This document shows positions 10,273 to 22,794 of a stretch of 64,000 nt of DNA, in pieces. Position numbers and translations under genes: made by a program. Numbering within the stretch: the stretch's first letter is position 1; the number at the start of each line of letters is the position of its first letter. The notes beneath the pieces are model-generated. The model ran no database searches. It worked only from the letters and a program-made list of their open reading frames with translations, and had not been told where the DNA came from. Origin of the DNA: Anthoceros angustus (Eukaryota; Plantae; Anthocerotophyta); assembly GCA_010909165.1 (NCBI GenBank), contig MU008205.1:248001-312000 (forward strand), given 5' to 3'.

Positions 10273-12543
10273 TGTGAAGCACGCATGAGCTGAGGAATAA
10301 ATGCATTGATGACCACAATACAATTACATCCCCTACTGGAGAGGGTAATGACTAGTAACCATGTCAACTAAGATCTGTCCATCACTATTTATCACTATAC
10401 TCCCCCTCAGTTCGAGCTGGGAGGAAACTGAAGCTCGAAGCGTCTTCCCTGAGCTGAAGATGTGCAGGTTCTGCCTCATACGCTTGAAGACTTGTAGGAG
10501 CTGCCAAGCAATGCTGAGAGGGACAGACCAGAAACTCAGTCTGTACCTCGGAGTTCCAAAGCGCTTGATGTTGTTTGTGGGTGGTCTTCAGCAAACCCTT
10601 GGTGAAGAGGTCAGCAATGTTGAGAGATATGTGCACACAATCAAGTGAAACTGCAATATCTGCACACCTCTCAACATTGTTTGCTGGCTACCGCCTCCCG
10701 GATGAAGTGGTGGTGGATCTCAATGCGCTTGGTCTGGGCGTGGAAGACCAGATTCAGCATCATGGAGATGGCAAACTGGTTGTCACGAAGAAAAATTGTA
10801 GGGCCAACCTGTGATTGATCAAGATTGGTGAGGATTTGTCACAACCATATGATTTTCTTGGCCGCCAGAGAAGTAGCTACATATTCTACTTCAGTAGAGG
10901 AGAGACACAGTGTTGGAAGTTTGTTTAATGCCCGTGATATAGCTGTACCATTGTGTATATCTCAGTTTGTGGAAGCTCCTCTTGGAAAATTGCTGCTGGT
11001 TGCTGTTCAGACTTGTGGAAGTGCATTAGTATGCTGCAGGTCTGCGGCCTGCGAAGGCTGAGCGAGGGCTTTCGCATCTGTTGCCGCACCTTTGGGAAGC
11101 AAAGAGGACATGTGAAGGGTTGGTGGAGTTGTTAGAGTTGCTCTGACGGCTGGACTCCTCTTCAAGTAGTGCACCTACAACTTCTGTGAGGGTGATAGTT
11201 GAGGCGGCTTGTCTCAAGGTGGCATTTTGTGAACTCACGAAGGTTCGATACTCTCATGGCATGGAAGTCAACAACGCCATGGCTGCCGACAGCTCTGTGA
11301 TCATAGTACCACAAGCAGCAAGTTTTGCTTTGAGAAAGCAAAAATGGTTAAGGTGTTGCTCAACTGACTCATTATAGCTCATGTGCAGGCTGTAGAAGTT
11401 CCTCGGGGCCATGATCAGCGAAATTGAACTAGATGGTTGGAACATGTGCTGAAAAGTCTTCCAAACGCCATGTGAGGTTGGCTCCCCCGCCGTGTGTTGT
11501 AGCATACTCTTATCCTGTGCTGTGACAATTATTGCTCTGGCCTTCTTATCGCGCTTAGTCCAAGCTAGCATTACATCAGCGGTGACACCAGTAGGGAGTT
11601 TGTCCGTGCTGTCAGCAATCTCCATCAGTTCGTATTCCTCTAGGATTAAAGACATCCGCACATGCTAGATATCATAATCGATGCCATCAAATCAATCTCT
11701 ATCTCAGAAGTCTATCTTGATGGTCGACATGACAAATGGAGGTAAGGTGGGAACCACAAGTCGTGGTCTGCCTGGCAGTTTAGATGGGGTTCAAATAGAA
11801 TATATGTCAGTGAGGAGAGCTATCTAAGACGAGGTATTGCCTACCTACCAAGAATGGACAAAGAGACTAATGATGGCTAGGAGGCTAGGCTTTAGGAGCG
11901 TCGGGGAGGTGAGTACTGACGATGATCTGGAGGAGTTTGTCTAATTGTGATTCAACGCAGAGAAGTTGTAGGTGGAAATACTTGGATGTGGCAGGAATCG
12001 ACAGTGGGTGGTAGGATGTCGAGGGACACCCATGATGATGTTTGGCTATGGTGACGGGGTGTGTTCGGTAGGAGAATTGTTGGGCTGTGTCGCGGCTTTG
12101 CGGCGTCGGGCATTGCGCACAGCAGTACGCTCCAAATTCCGGAAACCCCACATGCAATCACAATAGATTGTGTAGGTTGGTCCCGGTGCGAAAAATGGCA
12201 AGCCACGGGTGTCTGGTTGCGCGACATCGCAGCTGATTCAAGACTGAAATTGCACTATGATGCTGAGCAGAATTGGAGCCATCAATGCTCGTGCGTGGCT
12301 CCGGCTGGGAGGCTTCAGCAGAGCGCGGCGCACGGCTGTAATACCATAAAGAGGAGCACGGATGAGCGAAAGGAATAAATGCATTGATGAGCGCAGTACA
12401 ATTACATGCCCTACCGGAGCAGGTAATGGTTAGTAACCGTGCCAACTGAGCCTAGAACTGTTTTATGCAGTTGAGGCATTTGGCAAGGGCAATGAGGGGT
12501 CATACGGTAAAAGTATATCTGTCCATCACTTTCTATCACTATA
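10273..12543 (-). mobile_element. Internally deleted, degenerate Ty1/copia LTR retrotransposon
   Basis: Diverged LTRs at ~12347-12543 and ~10273-10399 (shared AGGAATAAATGCATTGATGA...TCTGTCCATCACT..TATCACTATA). PBS-like TGGTATTACAGC (12335-12346, resembling the tRNA-iMet site) and PPT TGAGGGGGAG (10400-10409). Gag fragment 11254-11661 (WTKRDKKARAII) and RNase H tail (SSTEVEYVA; NIADLFTKGL); INT/RT missing. Confidence 0.85.
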
Positions 12544-12560
12544 ATTCGCCCCACGATCGC

Positions 12561-12734
12561 CCATCTTGAAATTACCCATTCGTCTCTCTTATGGATAGGA
12601 TTAAGCCATCTTGAAATTACCCACTCGCCTCTCTTATTGATAGGATTAAGCCATCTTGAAATTACCCACTCGCCTCTCTTATTGATAGGATTAAGCCATC
12701 TTGAAATTACCCACTCGCCTCTCTTATTGGTAGG
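12561..12734 (+). repeat. 45-bp minisatellite, about 3.8 copies
   Basis: Unit CCATCTTGAAATTACCCACTCGCCTCTCTTATTGATAGGATTAAG. Confidence 0.95.
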
Positions 12735-13249
12735 AGTAACATCGATTAAGTATGCTTGTTTAATTAGAAACATTTTTTAGTGTAGGCTTAATTAGAAACG
12801 TTAACGGAGTGACAAACGTGGACTGGCAGTGTGCTGCACATGCAACCTCATATTGAGATGGGCAACCGTATGGCATGAATGATGGATGGCTGTATGGATG
12901 TCTGCCCGCTATTGTGGGGCCATCGGCGTTTCTAGGCCTTTTCCTTGCAAGGCTGCCACTGTGCATATTGGCGGGGTCACATATCGACGGGCGAGTTACC
13001 GGATGGTGGGCCCGACTGCGTGGTGCGCGTCCACATTGAGTCATCCAGTTCGTAATGTTAAAGAGGCTCCGGGCTGTGAGGATATGGGAGAAATGAGTTG
13101 GGTAGTGTAACCGTCTTGCATATGACCACAAGATGGTCCACTTTCTTATACAACGATAAGTTAAGCAGAGATGATGCATCTGAAAAAGGAGAACACATTT
13201 TGTGTGGGAGCGGATGTGCAGCTCTGAAATCTGCCCCCTGCCTTGGGAG

Positions 13250-13850
13250 GTTGCTAAACCAAGATACGTCGCAGAAGCTTGAAAGGCAGTGGTTCTCCTA
13301 TACGCTTATCAGAACAGAGAAGCCAATTAGAGCCCAGTGCTTGTGCAGCGGCATGCTCGTCAGAAGTTCGCTGCTGGCATTGCCTCAAGGTCCTGCTCTT
13401 TCCGGACTGCAGCATCATACTCCTAAAACCGACTGGTTGGAGATTTCGGAGGTGAACTGTCCCCAATTCAGGGTTTAGACATTTGTCTGAGGTAGTGAAG
13501 CTGGGTCAGCAGGGCGCCCATCGCCAACACGCCACCAGACCTCGCGAAGGAAGAGTAGCTGATCTTCAACCTTTAAGAACCCCATGCCTGCTGGAATACA
13601 TATCCCGAGTCAAGACTTGAGTCCAGCCATAAAGGACCGCCCCCTGCGAACCATTTCCACCGCCGCCACGGCTCGTTCTTCGATGCACGTCCTCCATCTG
13701 ATTTGGCTTCCCTGACGTCGCTGGGCACCTGGAACCCGTAGGTGCAACTGCGATTGCACTGCGACGCGCCTGGCAACACTCCTGGCGGCACGACACAAAC
13801 TACAACACTCTCCTGGAAATCTCAAGAACAGAGCACTCCCACGCTCAGCC
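13250..13850 (-). mobile_element. Possible degraded L1-type LINE ORF1 remnant
   Basis: Minus-strand pieces LVACWRWAP and TVHLRNLQPVGFRS loosely resemble the W.P / V.LPNLP motifs of plant L1 ORF1; multiple stops and frameshifts. Confidence 0.25.
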
Positions 13851-14219
13851 CTTCAATCTGCCAAAATCGGCCAGCCCTGAGACTGCCAACCTTAGCCGCT
13901 GCTCCAGATTCGAACTCCCAAGGAGCACACCAGCACAACAACCCAGAGAAGCACGGTGGCCCACCGGACATCTCATAAACTCACGCAACTCCAACCAAGG
14001 AGATCTGGCGTGAACAAGAAGCCATCATGTGAAAGACCCTCTTCCAGCCTCACAACGACACGGCCAGCCTGAAAAGCCGAATCACCTTCATCCCATCACC
14101 CCATTCGTACTTCATCGCAATGGGCAAACAGTAAAATCTCAGCCTAGGGTTCTCTGCAAAAGCACAAAACTCCACTGTCAGGTCTGAAACCACGACAAGC
14201 CAAGCCAAGCCATCCACAA

Positions 14220-14604
14220 TCAAAGACAACATACGGCATATACCCTGTTCTTGGCGAGGCAGTCCCTGAGTTTCTTCTCCAAAATCCCGCACCCACCCGC
14301 CCGTTTCTCCATGCACTCCCACAGCGGAGCACAGTCGCATTCCGGCTCCAATTCTGTCTCTGCACAAGCACCGCAGCATCGGCCAGGCACATCTCAGATT
14401 CGGCTACTGAATCTCAAAAAAAACTCCGTCGTGGTCACCTTGAACTCCAGAGTCGGGCACCGTGGCCAGCTGCGGGGAGGAAGGCAGGGCAGCGGGGGAC
14501 GCCGAGTGATGCAGCAACAACAAAGAGCCCGCAGCAGTAGCCGCAGCTGCTGCTGTGATGCCTGCCGCAGCTTTGATGCCGACTGAGGGCGCGCTTCCAG
14601 ACAT
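14220..14604 (-). CDS. Small (~101 aa) two-exon CX9C/CHCH-like protein
   Basis: Exon 1 14604-14439, GT-AG intron 14438-14360, exon 2 14359-14220: MSGSAPSVGIKAAAGITAAAAATAAGSLLLL...VQETELEPECDCAPLWECMEKRAGGCGILEKKLRDCLAKNR... Phase-compatible splice; a further 3' intron is possible. Confidence 0.65.
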
Positions 14605-14617
14605 CTCTGCTCCTTGC

Positions 14618-14672
14618 TCTTCCTCTTCCTCTTCCTCTTCCTCTTCCTCTTCCTCTTCCTCTTCCTCTTCCT
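14618..14672 (+). repeat. (TCTTCC)n microsatellite just upstream of the CX9C gene ATG
   Basis: About 9 tandem TCTTCC units. Confidence 0.95.
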
Positions 14673-15227
14673 CTTTCCCGTTGTGAGCAATGCCAAGCAA
14701 AGCGCAAATCTCAGCCTGTTTTTTCACTCTCGTTCGTTTGCTGCACTGCTCAAAATTCGCCTACAGAACCAATTTGTATTGCCACGCCGAGAAGCCGAGA
14801 ATCCGAGAAAAGGCGCATGCTCCTCGCCACGCCACCGTGGCACGCTCACCTACACATCAGCATCAACAGTAAAGTTTGTTGTTTGTGGAGTTGCACGTCT
14901 TACTCAGGGTTTCGGATTTAACCTAAAATTATAAAATAATAATATGAACTTTTTGACAATCCTCAAACAGCGGATTGCAATTTGCCTAGTCCTCGTTGTT
15001 GCTGCATTGAATTCTGAATCTCTCTACGAGTCTACATACCCAGGTGTCTTCGGCTAGGTGGTACATATATAACACCTAGTAGGTCTTGCTGAATTGGGAA
15101 TCTCTCCAGTACGTAAACGGTCACGAGGCCTGAAGAACAGGAATGAAAACGCAGACCCTCTTCTACGTCATGTGCAGGTGGTGGTGAAGTGGTAGCTGGA
15201 AGCTAGTTGGTCAGGCGAGTGCTATCC

Positions 15228-15731
15228 ATGGTGAAGCATCCAGCTTCTCCAGCCGAGAAGGCGCGCGGCTCCGGAAGCGGCAGCCTCTCAGTCTCGAAGA
15301 AGGGAAGCGCAGGGTCAGCATCCAAGGAAGCCGCGGCGTCCGGGGCGGCAGCTGGATACCCTGAGCTAGCGGACTACGATTTGATTCTGCCTTCGTCTTT
15401 GCCTTTCAAGCGGGCTCACCAAGCTGGGGACCGACACGGCAAGGGCCAGAACAGAGGGAAGCACTGGAAGCACTTGAAGCAGATTCTGCAGGCGGAGAAT
15501 TACCACTTGTATCCTGCCAACCAGCCAAACTATGTGAACATCGAAGCTCCTCCGTCTGCCTACCCTGCCAAGAAGTACTGTGACATCACGGGCTTTGAGG
15601 CGCCCTACACGGATCCCAGAACAAAGCTCCGGTATGCCAATGTCGAGACTTTCAAGAAAATTAGGTTCATGCCCGAGAACCAGGTTCAGGGTTACCTCGC
15701 TCTTAGAAATGCGTCAGTGATTTTGAAGTAG
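15228..15731 (+). CDS. IES6: INO80 complex subunit C (Ies6), YL1_C domain
   Basis: WKHLKQILQAENY...YVNIEAPPSAYPAKKYCDITGFEAPYTDPRTKLRY...YLALRNASVILK; coding region is intronless. Confidence 0.93.
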   Translation: MVKHPASPAEKARGSGSGSLSVSKKGSAGSASKEAAASGAAAGYPELADYDLILPSSLPFKRAHQAGDRHGKGQNRGKHWKHLKQILQAENYHLYPANQPNYVNIEAPPSAYPAKKYCDITGFEAPYTDPRTKLRYANVETFKKIRFMPENQVQGYLALRNASVILK

Positions 15732-16315
15732 CATTCACCGTGGCCTGCACTACTGCTTGGACTGGATTGGATTGCAGTGCCTTGCGCAGAGTGAGCGGGG
15801 CACATTTTGGAGTGAGTCATTTGTAAACTGGAGAAAATGACGTAATTCAATGCAACTTGTATAAAGTACATAGAGCTATTTGCAAATATCTATTCTACCT
15901 GGGCTCATATGCCTGGTGCCTATGTAATCTATACAGTGATTGCTAACCCGAAAATTGTCAGAGGCGAATAGATACCTCCTAGTGGAGGTAGACCGCCCTA
16001 AAAGCCTCTCGGGCCAAGTGTGTTACAAACCAGTACCTAATTGTGTTACAACTCTCCTGTTTTTTCTTCTGCGAGTCTGCACGCTCGAGGCCCATCAACG
16101 TGCTACTATACATCGGATCCGTTGGTTTGCAAAATCTCCTTCACGAGCCAGTAACTATGGACAGTGGTATTTACAGCGAGGGCCTGCCCACGTACATACA
16201 GGGGTTGTGATGAGCGCTCCGTTAACCAGCAGTGAAAAGATTAGATGTGTACAGCTAAGTGCGAATGGACGAGGAAGTACCTTGCAGGGGTGGAAAGGAA
16301 AACATAGCTAGGATG

Positions 16316-19300
16316 TCACTCCAGTTTGAGATTGTCGCACAAATGCCCGAGCTCTGGGCGAGCCTGCATCCAAGCTGCAAAGGCGGTTTCTCCCGCAAAA
16401 GTGGTACCTTGCAATGCTACTTTGTTGTACAGGTATGACCGGTATGCGATCAAGAAGAAGTAGCGCCTGCATTGTTACGAATAGATTATCAAGTTGACGC
16501 TTGAGGAAGCTAGAAAGCTTGGGTGCAACGAGGGCTGCCAGCAGAAGAGCCAGTACCTTAAGGCTTTGATGCCCATATCATGGAGGAAAGCTCTACGCTC
16601 ATCATCCCCTGCCGCGCAATCCTCGAGCTGCTGTTTATAGAAGAATACGTCGTCTCGCAAATTCCCTGCTCCTTCACACCTTCATTTCAATCAATCAAGA
16701 CCAAAAGTTCGTGTTAGACGCTGTAGCTCAAGGTGAGGTCGCATGAAAGACGACGGACATTCCTGATACCTGTCGATAACGGCATCCACTTCGGCTTTGC
16801 TGACGGGCCCGTTGGCAATTACTCGAGTTAAGCTTAGGACATCCCTATAATCACCTTGTCGGAAAGCCTCCTTATTCTCTGTAGGCCTCACTATGACTTC
16901 CGGGAGTGAAGCCAAAGCACTGATATCCACGGGTCCAGAAGATGAACTGGATGCAGCTCTCAGCTGGTCATCGGCCTGCAGTCTGAGACAAGTGATAGCC
17001 ATCGCATATGCTACACCCCCAAAGCCCGTGTGAGACACGAAGAAGTACTCCACTTGACTGCCAGCCCTACCAGGACAACCAAGAGAAGTTTAGAAAGATG
17101 CCGAAAGACCGCTGCAGGATGGACAGAAACACGCCTGTACATGCATCTACCAACTTGAGGTAAAGTAATGGGAACACTGTAGGGCGTGAGGTAGACATAC
17201 TCATCCAGTCGTCGTTGAATAGCATCCACATCAACAGCCAAAGGGGCCCTCTCTCTTGTGAGAGGCACTCTGTCATAATCGACACTATAGCCTTCTGCCT
17301 TTAGTGATGCATACACCTCGAAAGGTGTTTTGACGTCTTCAGGTGTGAGAGATTCCCAGTAGCCGATGATGTCTGACTGATTGGTTACTGGATTGAATTC
17401 CTCCCGGTGCAGAAGCATACGGCCCCCATTGCGTGCAGCCTCTACAAGAATGTCTTCCTTCAACCTGCTCTCCAGCTGCACAACCTGGGAGTTCAAATGC
17501 ACCACACCATGAGGTCAAGCACGCTGCAGAGGACACTAAAATGATATAGAACTGCGCAATGAGACTCACCACGGGACCTTTGATCCCCACGTGTTTCAAG
17601 GTGCTCACAGGCTGGTCAAGTTCACGTAGTACAAACGGATTTCCATGAATATAGACTACAGCTTCTTCCCTGAGGTCTGTAACCACAGCTTTCTGGCTCT
17701 CAACACCCCCAGGAGAGGGCTTGTGCTGTAGGTGAGCCAGTACAGCTTTGATGCCATCCACTGTAGGCGTTGCCATACTGTGGACAGGAACACCACCAAC
17801 CTGACATTGTTTTCAAAAAATGTACAGAACCTGAAAATGAGTGTGACATCCAAGGAAGAAAGTAAAACTTGCAACACTAAGTACCACATACAGGGTTGGT
17901 TTCTCAAGAAACAAACTCTGCGCTTGCAATTGCAAAAACCAAAAGTCTGTGCTTGCACTACCTTCCAAACGTTGGGTGCCCCAGGAATGGGCACATGATC
18001 TGCCGATGTCTTCTGGCCAGGGAAGAAATACATTTTCAGAATAGCACGCTTCCCCAACACAGCTCCATTGCGAGCTTTAACAATAGCTTCCATGACCTCA
18101 CCCTCATTATTCTCACTGCAGGTTTTGAAGTCTACTTCCTGCAAGGAAGCATTGTGAGCATCTCTCGCCATAAACAAGGCAATTAGATGTGGCAAATACA
18201 GATCAGAGAAGATCAGAAAATTTACTTACTGGGATTGTAAACACACGTGCTGGCCGCAACCGCATGCTCCACTTCATCTGACGGACTTCTGGCCGTTGAC
18301 GAATCCAGGCTTTAAAGGTAGAGCATGGGAGGCCATGCTGACAGAAACCATCAAAAGCTTCACTGCCTAGATACGATGCCAATGCAATCAACATGAAGTA
18401 GCGCTCCAGATATTCAACTCCTCGATTTAGAGATGCTCTCCTCGTGTGGTGCTCCAAGTTTTGCTGATTGAAAGATTTTCTATAGTGCAGAACAGCCTTT
18501 CGTAAATTCTGCATTGCAGCACACCTATCAATAACAGCGTCTAGGGCCTCTCTGCTTTCAATGCCATTTGCCAATAGCCTGGTTATTTTTCTGACGATGG
18601 GAATATCATCCATGACAAATCCAGCCAGGGATCTGCTCCGTTCCAACCTTAGATCCTCTCGGGGTGAAATAGCATCCATGTCTGGGGTCTCACTATTGCC
18701 CTCCTCCCCACTACTAGATCCAGAATCTGCATCTGCTGTTTCTCCCAACAGCGCTTGCATCCGCAGAGGCCTACCATAATCACAACGTAGCTTCACTAAG
18801 CATGCAATAACTGTTCCTGTGGTGGTGCGCCCACGCCCCATCTGCCGAATTGCAACAAGTTAGGTTAGCACCACCCCATTACGATGTTCTAGCAGCTCAC
18901 AACGCAGGAAAAAACAGAAAGATCTGAATACCTGGCAGTTGAATACAAATGCGGTATTTTTAGGAGCTGCCGCAATCCTAACAGAAATGCTATCAAAGTC
19001 AGAACTCTTTGGTGCCTTTCCATCAGTTATGGGCACACGAGCATACTCAACAAGGTACCCTTCAGCTTCCAAGCCCTTGTACACCTCCAGCGGTGTCTGT
19101 ACAGTTCCCCCATGGACCTGTTCCCAGGCATCGAAAATCTGTCCCTCCTCCGTTTCATGGTTCACCATAATTGCTCCCCCGTACCTATCAGCCTCCCTAA
19201 GAATATCTTCCTTCAGGCGTGCCTCCATTTGTTGAACTCTTTCCCTGTCTATGCCCTGGACAATGAACCAGCAAAGTATGGCACAATCAGTAAAAGTATC

Positions 19301-22300
19301 CTACAGCTTCATTGAATTTGTCAAAACATTCACTCAGCGTCAAGTGTAAACTTACTGTATATTCCAGCATATTCTTGTACGGCCGTTCAACTTCTCGAAG
19401 CACGAATGGTTTCCCATTGATGTAAACCACAGGCTCCTCCCTCATGTTGTGCCATAACACAGTTCGCCCCGTGTTCCCACAACCAACTCTGTGAAGTACT
19501 GCCCGAATACCATCAATGGTTGGGTTGGCTACACCATACACAGGAAAACCTACAACCTCTCTAAAATTAGGGGCCCCTTCAACTCTTTCTGGCAGATGTA
19601 AGTTCTGGCATCCTGGACAGTGATCACTTTTCAGTACTGTCTGCCTGCCAAGGACTGCGCCATTTCTGGATCCAACAACAGTCTCCATATTAGTGGGACG
19701 TCCTCCAGTCACAGCTGTCCTTTCAATTAGTCCAGGAGGGTTGTTACCATAACCCAGAGCTCCCATAGGATCCCGCCTCAGAAGCCTGCAAATATTTGAT
19801 ACCAGCAGCAGGCTGTCAGCAACGTCCTATTTTTTCACTTTGACAATTTATTCCCTATCAACTGTTGACCACAATGACAAACACTCAGAACACTGTCATG
19901 TTCGAATAGAGCAGTCAACATACGACTCCCCACACAACCATTGATCAGCCAGTTTTTTACCTGCGAAGGACACTGTACAGCTCAGGACGCGCTGCCATCC
20001 ACTGCTGAAACCCACCATGACTGGGCTGTCGATCTTTCGATAGTGCTGACTGATCAGTGTGTATGTACACTGCAAAGCAAATGAGAAAATAATAGCGTTC
20101 CAAGTACTCAACAAAGTACGAAAGAGCTGCCTCGCGCTTCTTCTCATCTGCTTGACGCTGTATGCTATTACGATAATTTGCTATCGCCTCTCGAAGGTTC
20201 TGCAATGCACAATTAACAGGAAGTTCACAAAGAGGTTTGGCAAGCAACAAGGGGTAAAAGCATCTCCAACCAGAGAACAAACATTCAAGGTTCAAAATCT
20301 AACCTGCATGGCAGAGCACTTGTCGATAACTTTGTCAACCTGGCGCTTGCTCTCAACACTACCCTGTGGATTATAACCCAGACATGTAAAATTTCATGTG
20401 CTTCTTCTTGTAACAAGATGAAGGAACAACGACCACGTTTTTGACTCGAACGCACCTCTAAAACTCGCATGAGGCTTCGAATCACAGTGTATTCACCTCT
20501 TCTGATAGATTCCTCAGAATCTGGAACCTCATGAACGGCCTCGGCTACAAAGTCATGCACCTGCCCAGCAGAACTTGTTCGTGGAATACCTGAATCAAAA
20601 GAACAAGCGAGTTCACTCCCATTCTCATTGATGGCCATTTTCCTGTTACCTGAGAGCAAGCATGACTCTGAAGCAAACTTTGCACCACTCAAATTATTAC
20701 CTGTTGACCTGGTACGGCGTAGGTGAACTAGTGTTGCAATCACCATGCCGGTTGTTGTGCGACCTCGTCCCATTTGGCAGTTGAATACCAATGCTGTCCC
20801 AACCTCAACATGAGAAATACGCTGAACCTGCCGAAACCCAAACAGTATTTAAGCCAACATCAACCCTAGAGACACATGAGCTGCAGAGGCTGCCAGAGGG
20901 TATGTCTGTAGCTAAACAGAAGCATGCAGGCAGAGTAGTTAAATAGGCTAACCAGAAGATCAAAATCGCGCTCCTTGGGAGATTTTTCATCTGTAATTGG
21001 CACTCTTTCATAATCAACTTTGTAGCCTTCAGCCTGCAAAGCCTCATACACCTGTGTAGCATATAACAACGTTCGTTAAAAGGATGTCCAAAGCATCAGA
21101 CAGCCAGGTAACCCAGTTGCCTAGATGGGTTGTGTAACAACTGAAATTGGAAACCAGACTTGAGAGATTTACCTCCAGAGGGGTGAGGACTGAGTCTGGG
21201 CCAATGGGTTCCCACTGGTCGACCATCTGGCCATCTGGAAGTTCGTCGGTTACCAATACCTTTTTCTTGTACCTGCTCTTCAAATCCACAAGAGACTTAA
21301 GGGAAAGCGGAATGAGCTGAGCTTGAAAACAAGATATTTGGAAGTCCAGAGCTTTTACATCTTGCCTCAGACTGAACCATACCTTGCAGCCTCCCGCAAC
21401 ACATCTTGCTTGAGTCGAGCTTCCATTTGCTCCACTCTTGATCTGTTAATGCCCTGCACAACACGCAATACCCAACACCCATGAGGGTCCGCCCAAAGCA
21501 GTATAGTACTGGGCATAATTAGCACAGTATCCCACTCTGAAGTTTCAGCTGGCTGATGGATGCACACAACGCTGGAGCTACTTGAAAAAACCTGCTTTCA
21601 GAAATGGACCACATAGGGGACGGTCAAGCAAGGGGACAGAGTCAAGGAAGGATTAGTGCAGACATCATGATGGACACACACCCTGCCGTAAATACATGCT
21701 GCTGTTTCATGCCTCGCTTTTACAGTAACACGCAAGGAGAGGCACGTGGAGTGTCCAATTCCAATAATCGCCCTAAGACTTGACCTCAGCCATCTCCAGG
21801 TGGAACCAATGTGCATGGTCGTTCCTCAGCACTCCCATGGCTGGCCTGCCACCACAGGTTCCCTTTGAGCTTATGCTCAAAGACTCACTTTCCCTACACT
21901 GTATACCTAGGTTCGCACCAATCAAACAACAGCTAACAGGACAAGACACAAGTCCTGGCAGAAACCTACAACATTCTCCAAACTTAAGCATAGCCTCGTG
22001 GACCCAGCAACACCAAGCAAGACGAGAGGGCACAAATGAATTATTCAAGCTAGGGGACTTGGGTCGGTAGAGAAGGGCGCCAACCGTGTACTCAAGATTT
22101 GAAAACGGACGTTCCACCTCTCGCAGGACGTAAGGTCTCCCATTGATGTAGATGACCTACGGGCAAGGCCAAGGCAATGCAATTATCAATTAGAGTGCTT
22201 GACGATGGACAGCACATTTTGGACCCAGCTTGTGAAATTCTTATGCCACAACGACTGCTTAGTTCCTTACCGGTTCCTCGCGCAAATTATGCCAGAGTAC

Positions 22301-22794
22301 TTGTTTGCCGCCGTATCTAGTGGCCCCGACGAGATCGAGCACCCTGCGGATTCCATCCACAGTAGGGATAGCCACTCCAAACACCGGAAACGATCCAACC
22401 TGTCGACATCAGTAGACATCTTAGTCCAGTCCATGGATGCGCGCACGCAGCCGGGAGGGTGCAAAATTGTGCTCTTAGCGACAAGACGAGCTAGCGAGAA
22501 ACGCGATTTGTGCCTACGACGGAACCTCCGCCCTAGTGTCAGATGCTTAGCTAGTTGGAAACAGCCACGACAAGAAGCTCAGCATTTGAGCAAACACTGC
22601 CAGGCCACACGACAGCAGCAAAGCTTGCTTCAAGAACCCGATACCTGACGGTAATTTGGCGCACCATCAACATGAGGCAGGAGGCGTTTATTCTGGCATC
22701 CGGGAAAGTGATCGCTTTTCAAGATAGTTTTCTTCCCTAAAACCGAGCCTCCTCTGGTCATGATCACATGCTCCGGCTCCCGAGGCGATCCCAT
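16316..22794 (-). CDS. PALD1: Paladin-like protein (three PTP-like/phytase repeats), multi-exon
   Basis: Starts MGSPREPEHVIMTRGGSVLGKKTILKSDHFPGCQ; repeated GAPNFR, HNMREEPVVYING.PFVLRE, YERVPITDEKSP and FNCQMGRGRTT motifs; ends ARPELGHLCDNLKLE*. Confidence 0.93.

Noticed and set aside
14394-14727. Poly-KR, poly-E and poly-RG ORFs
   Set aside because: Translations of the (TCTTCC)n microsatellite; only the part from ATG 14604 is used in the gene model.
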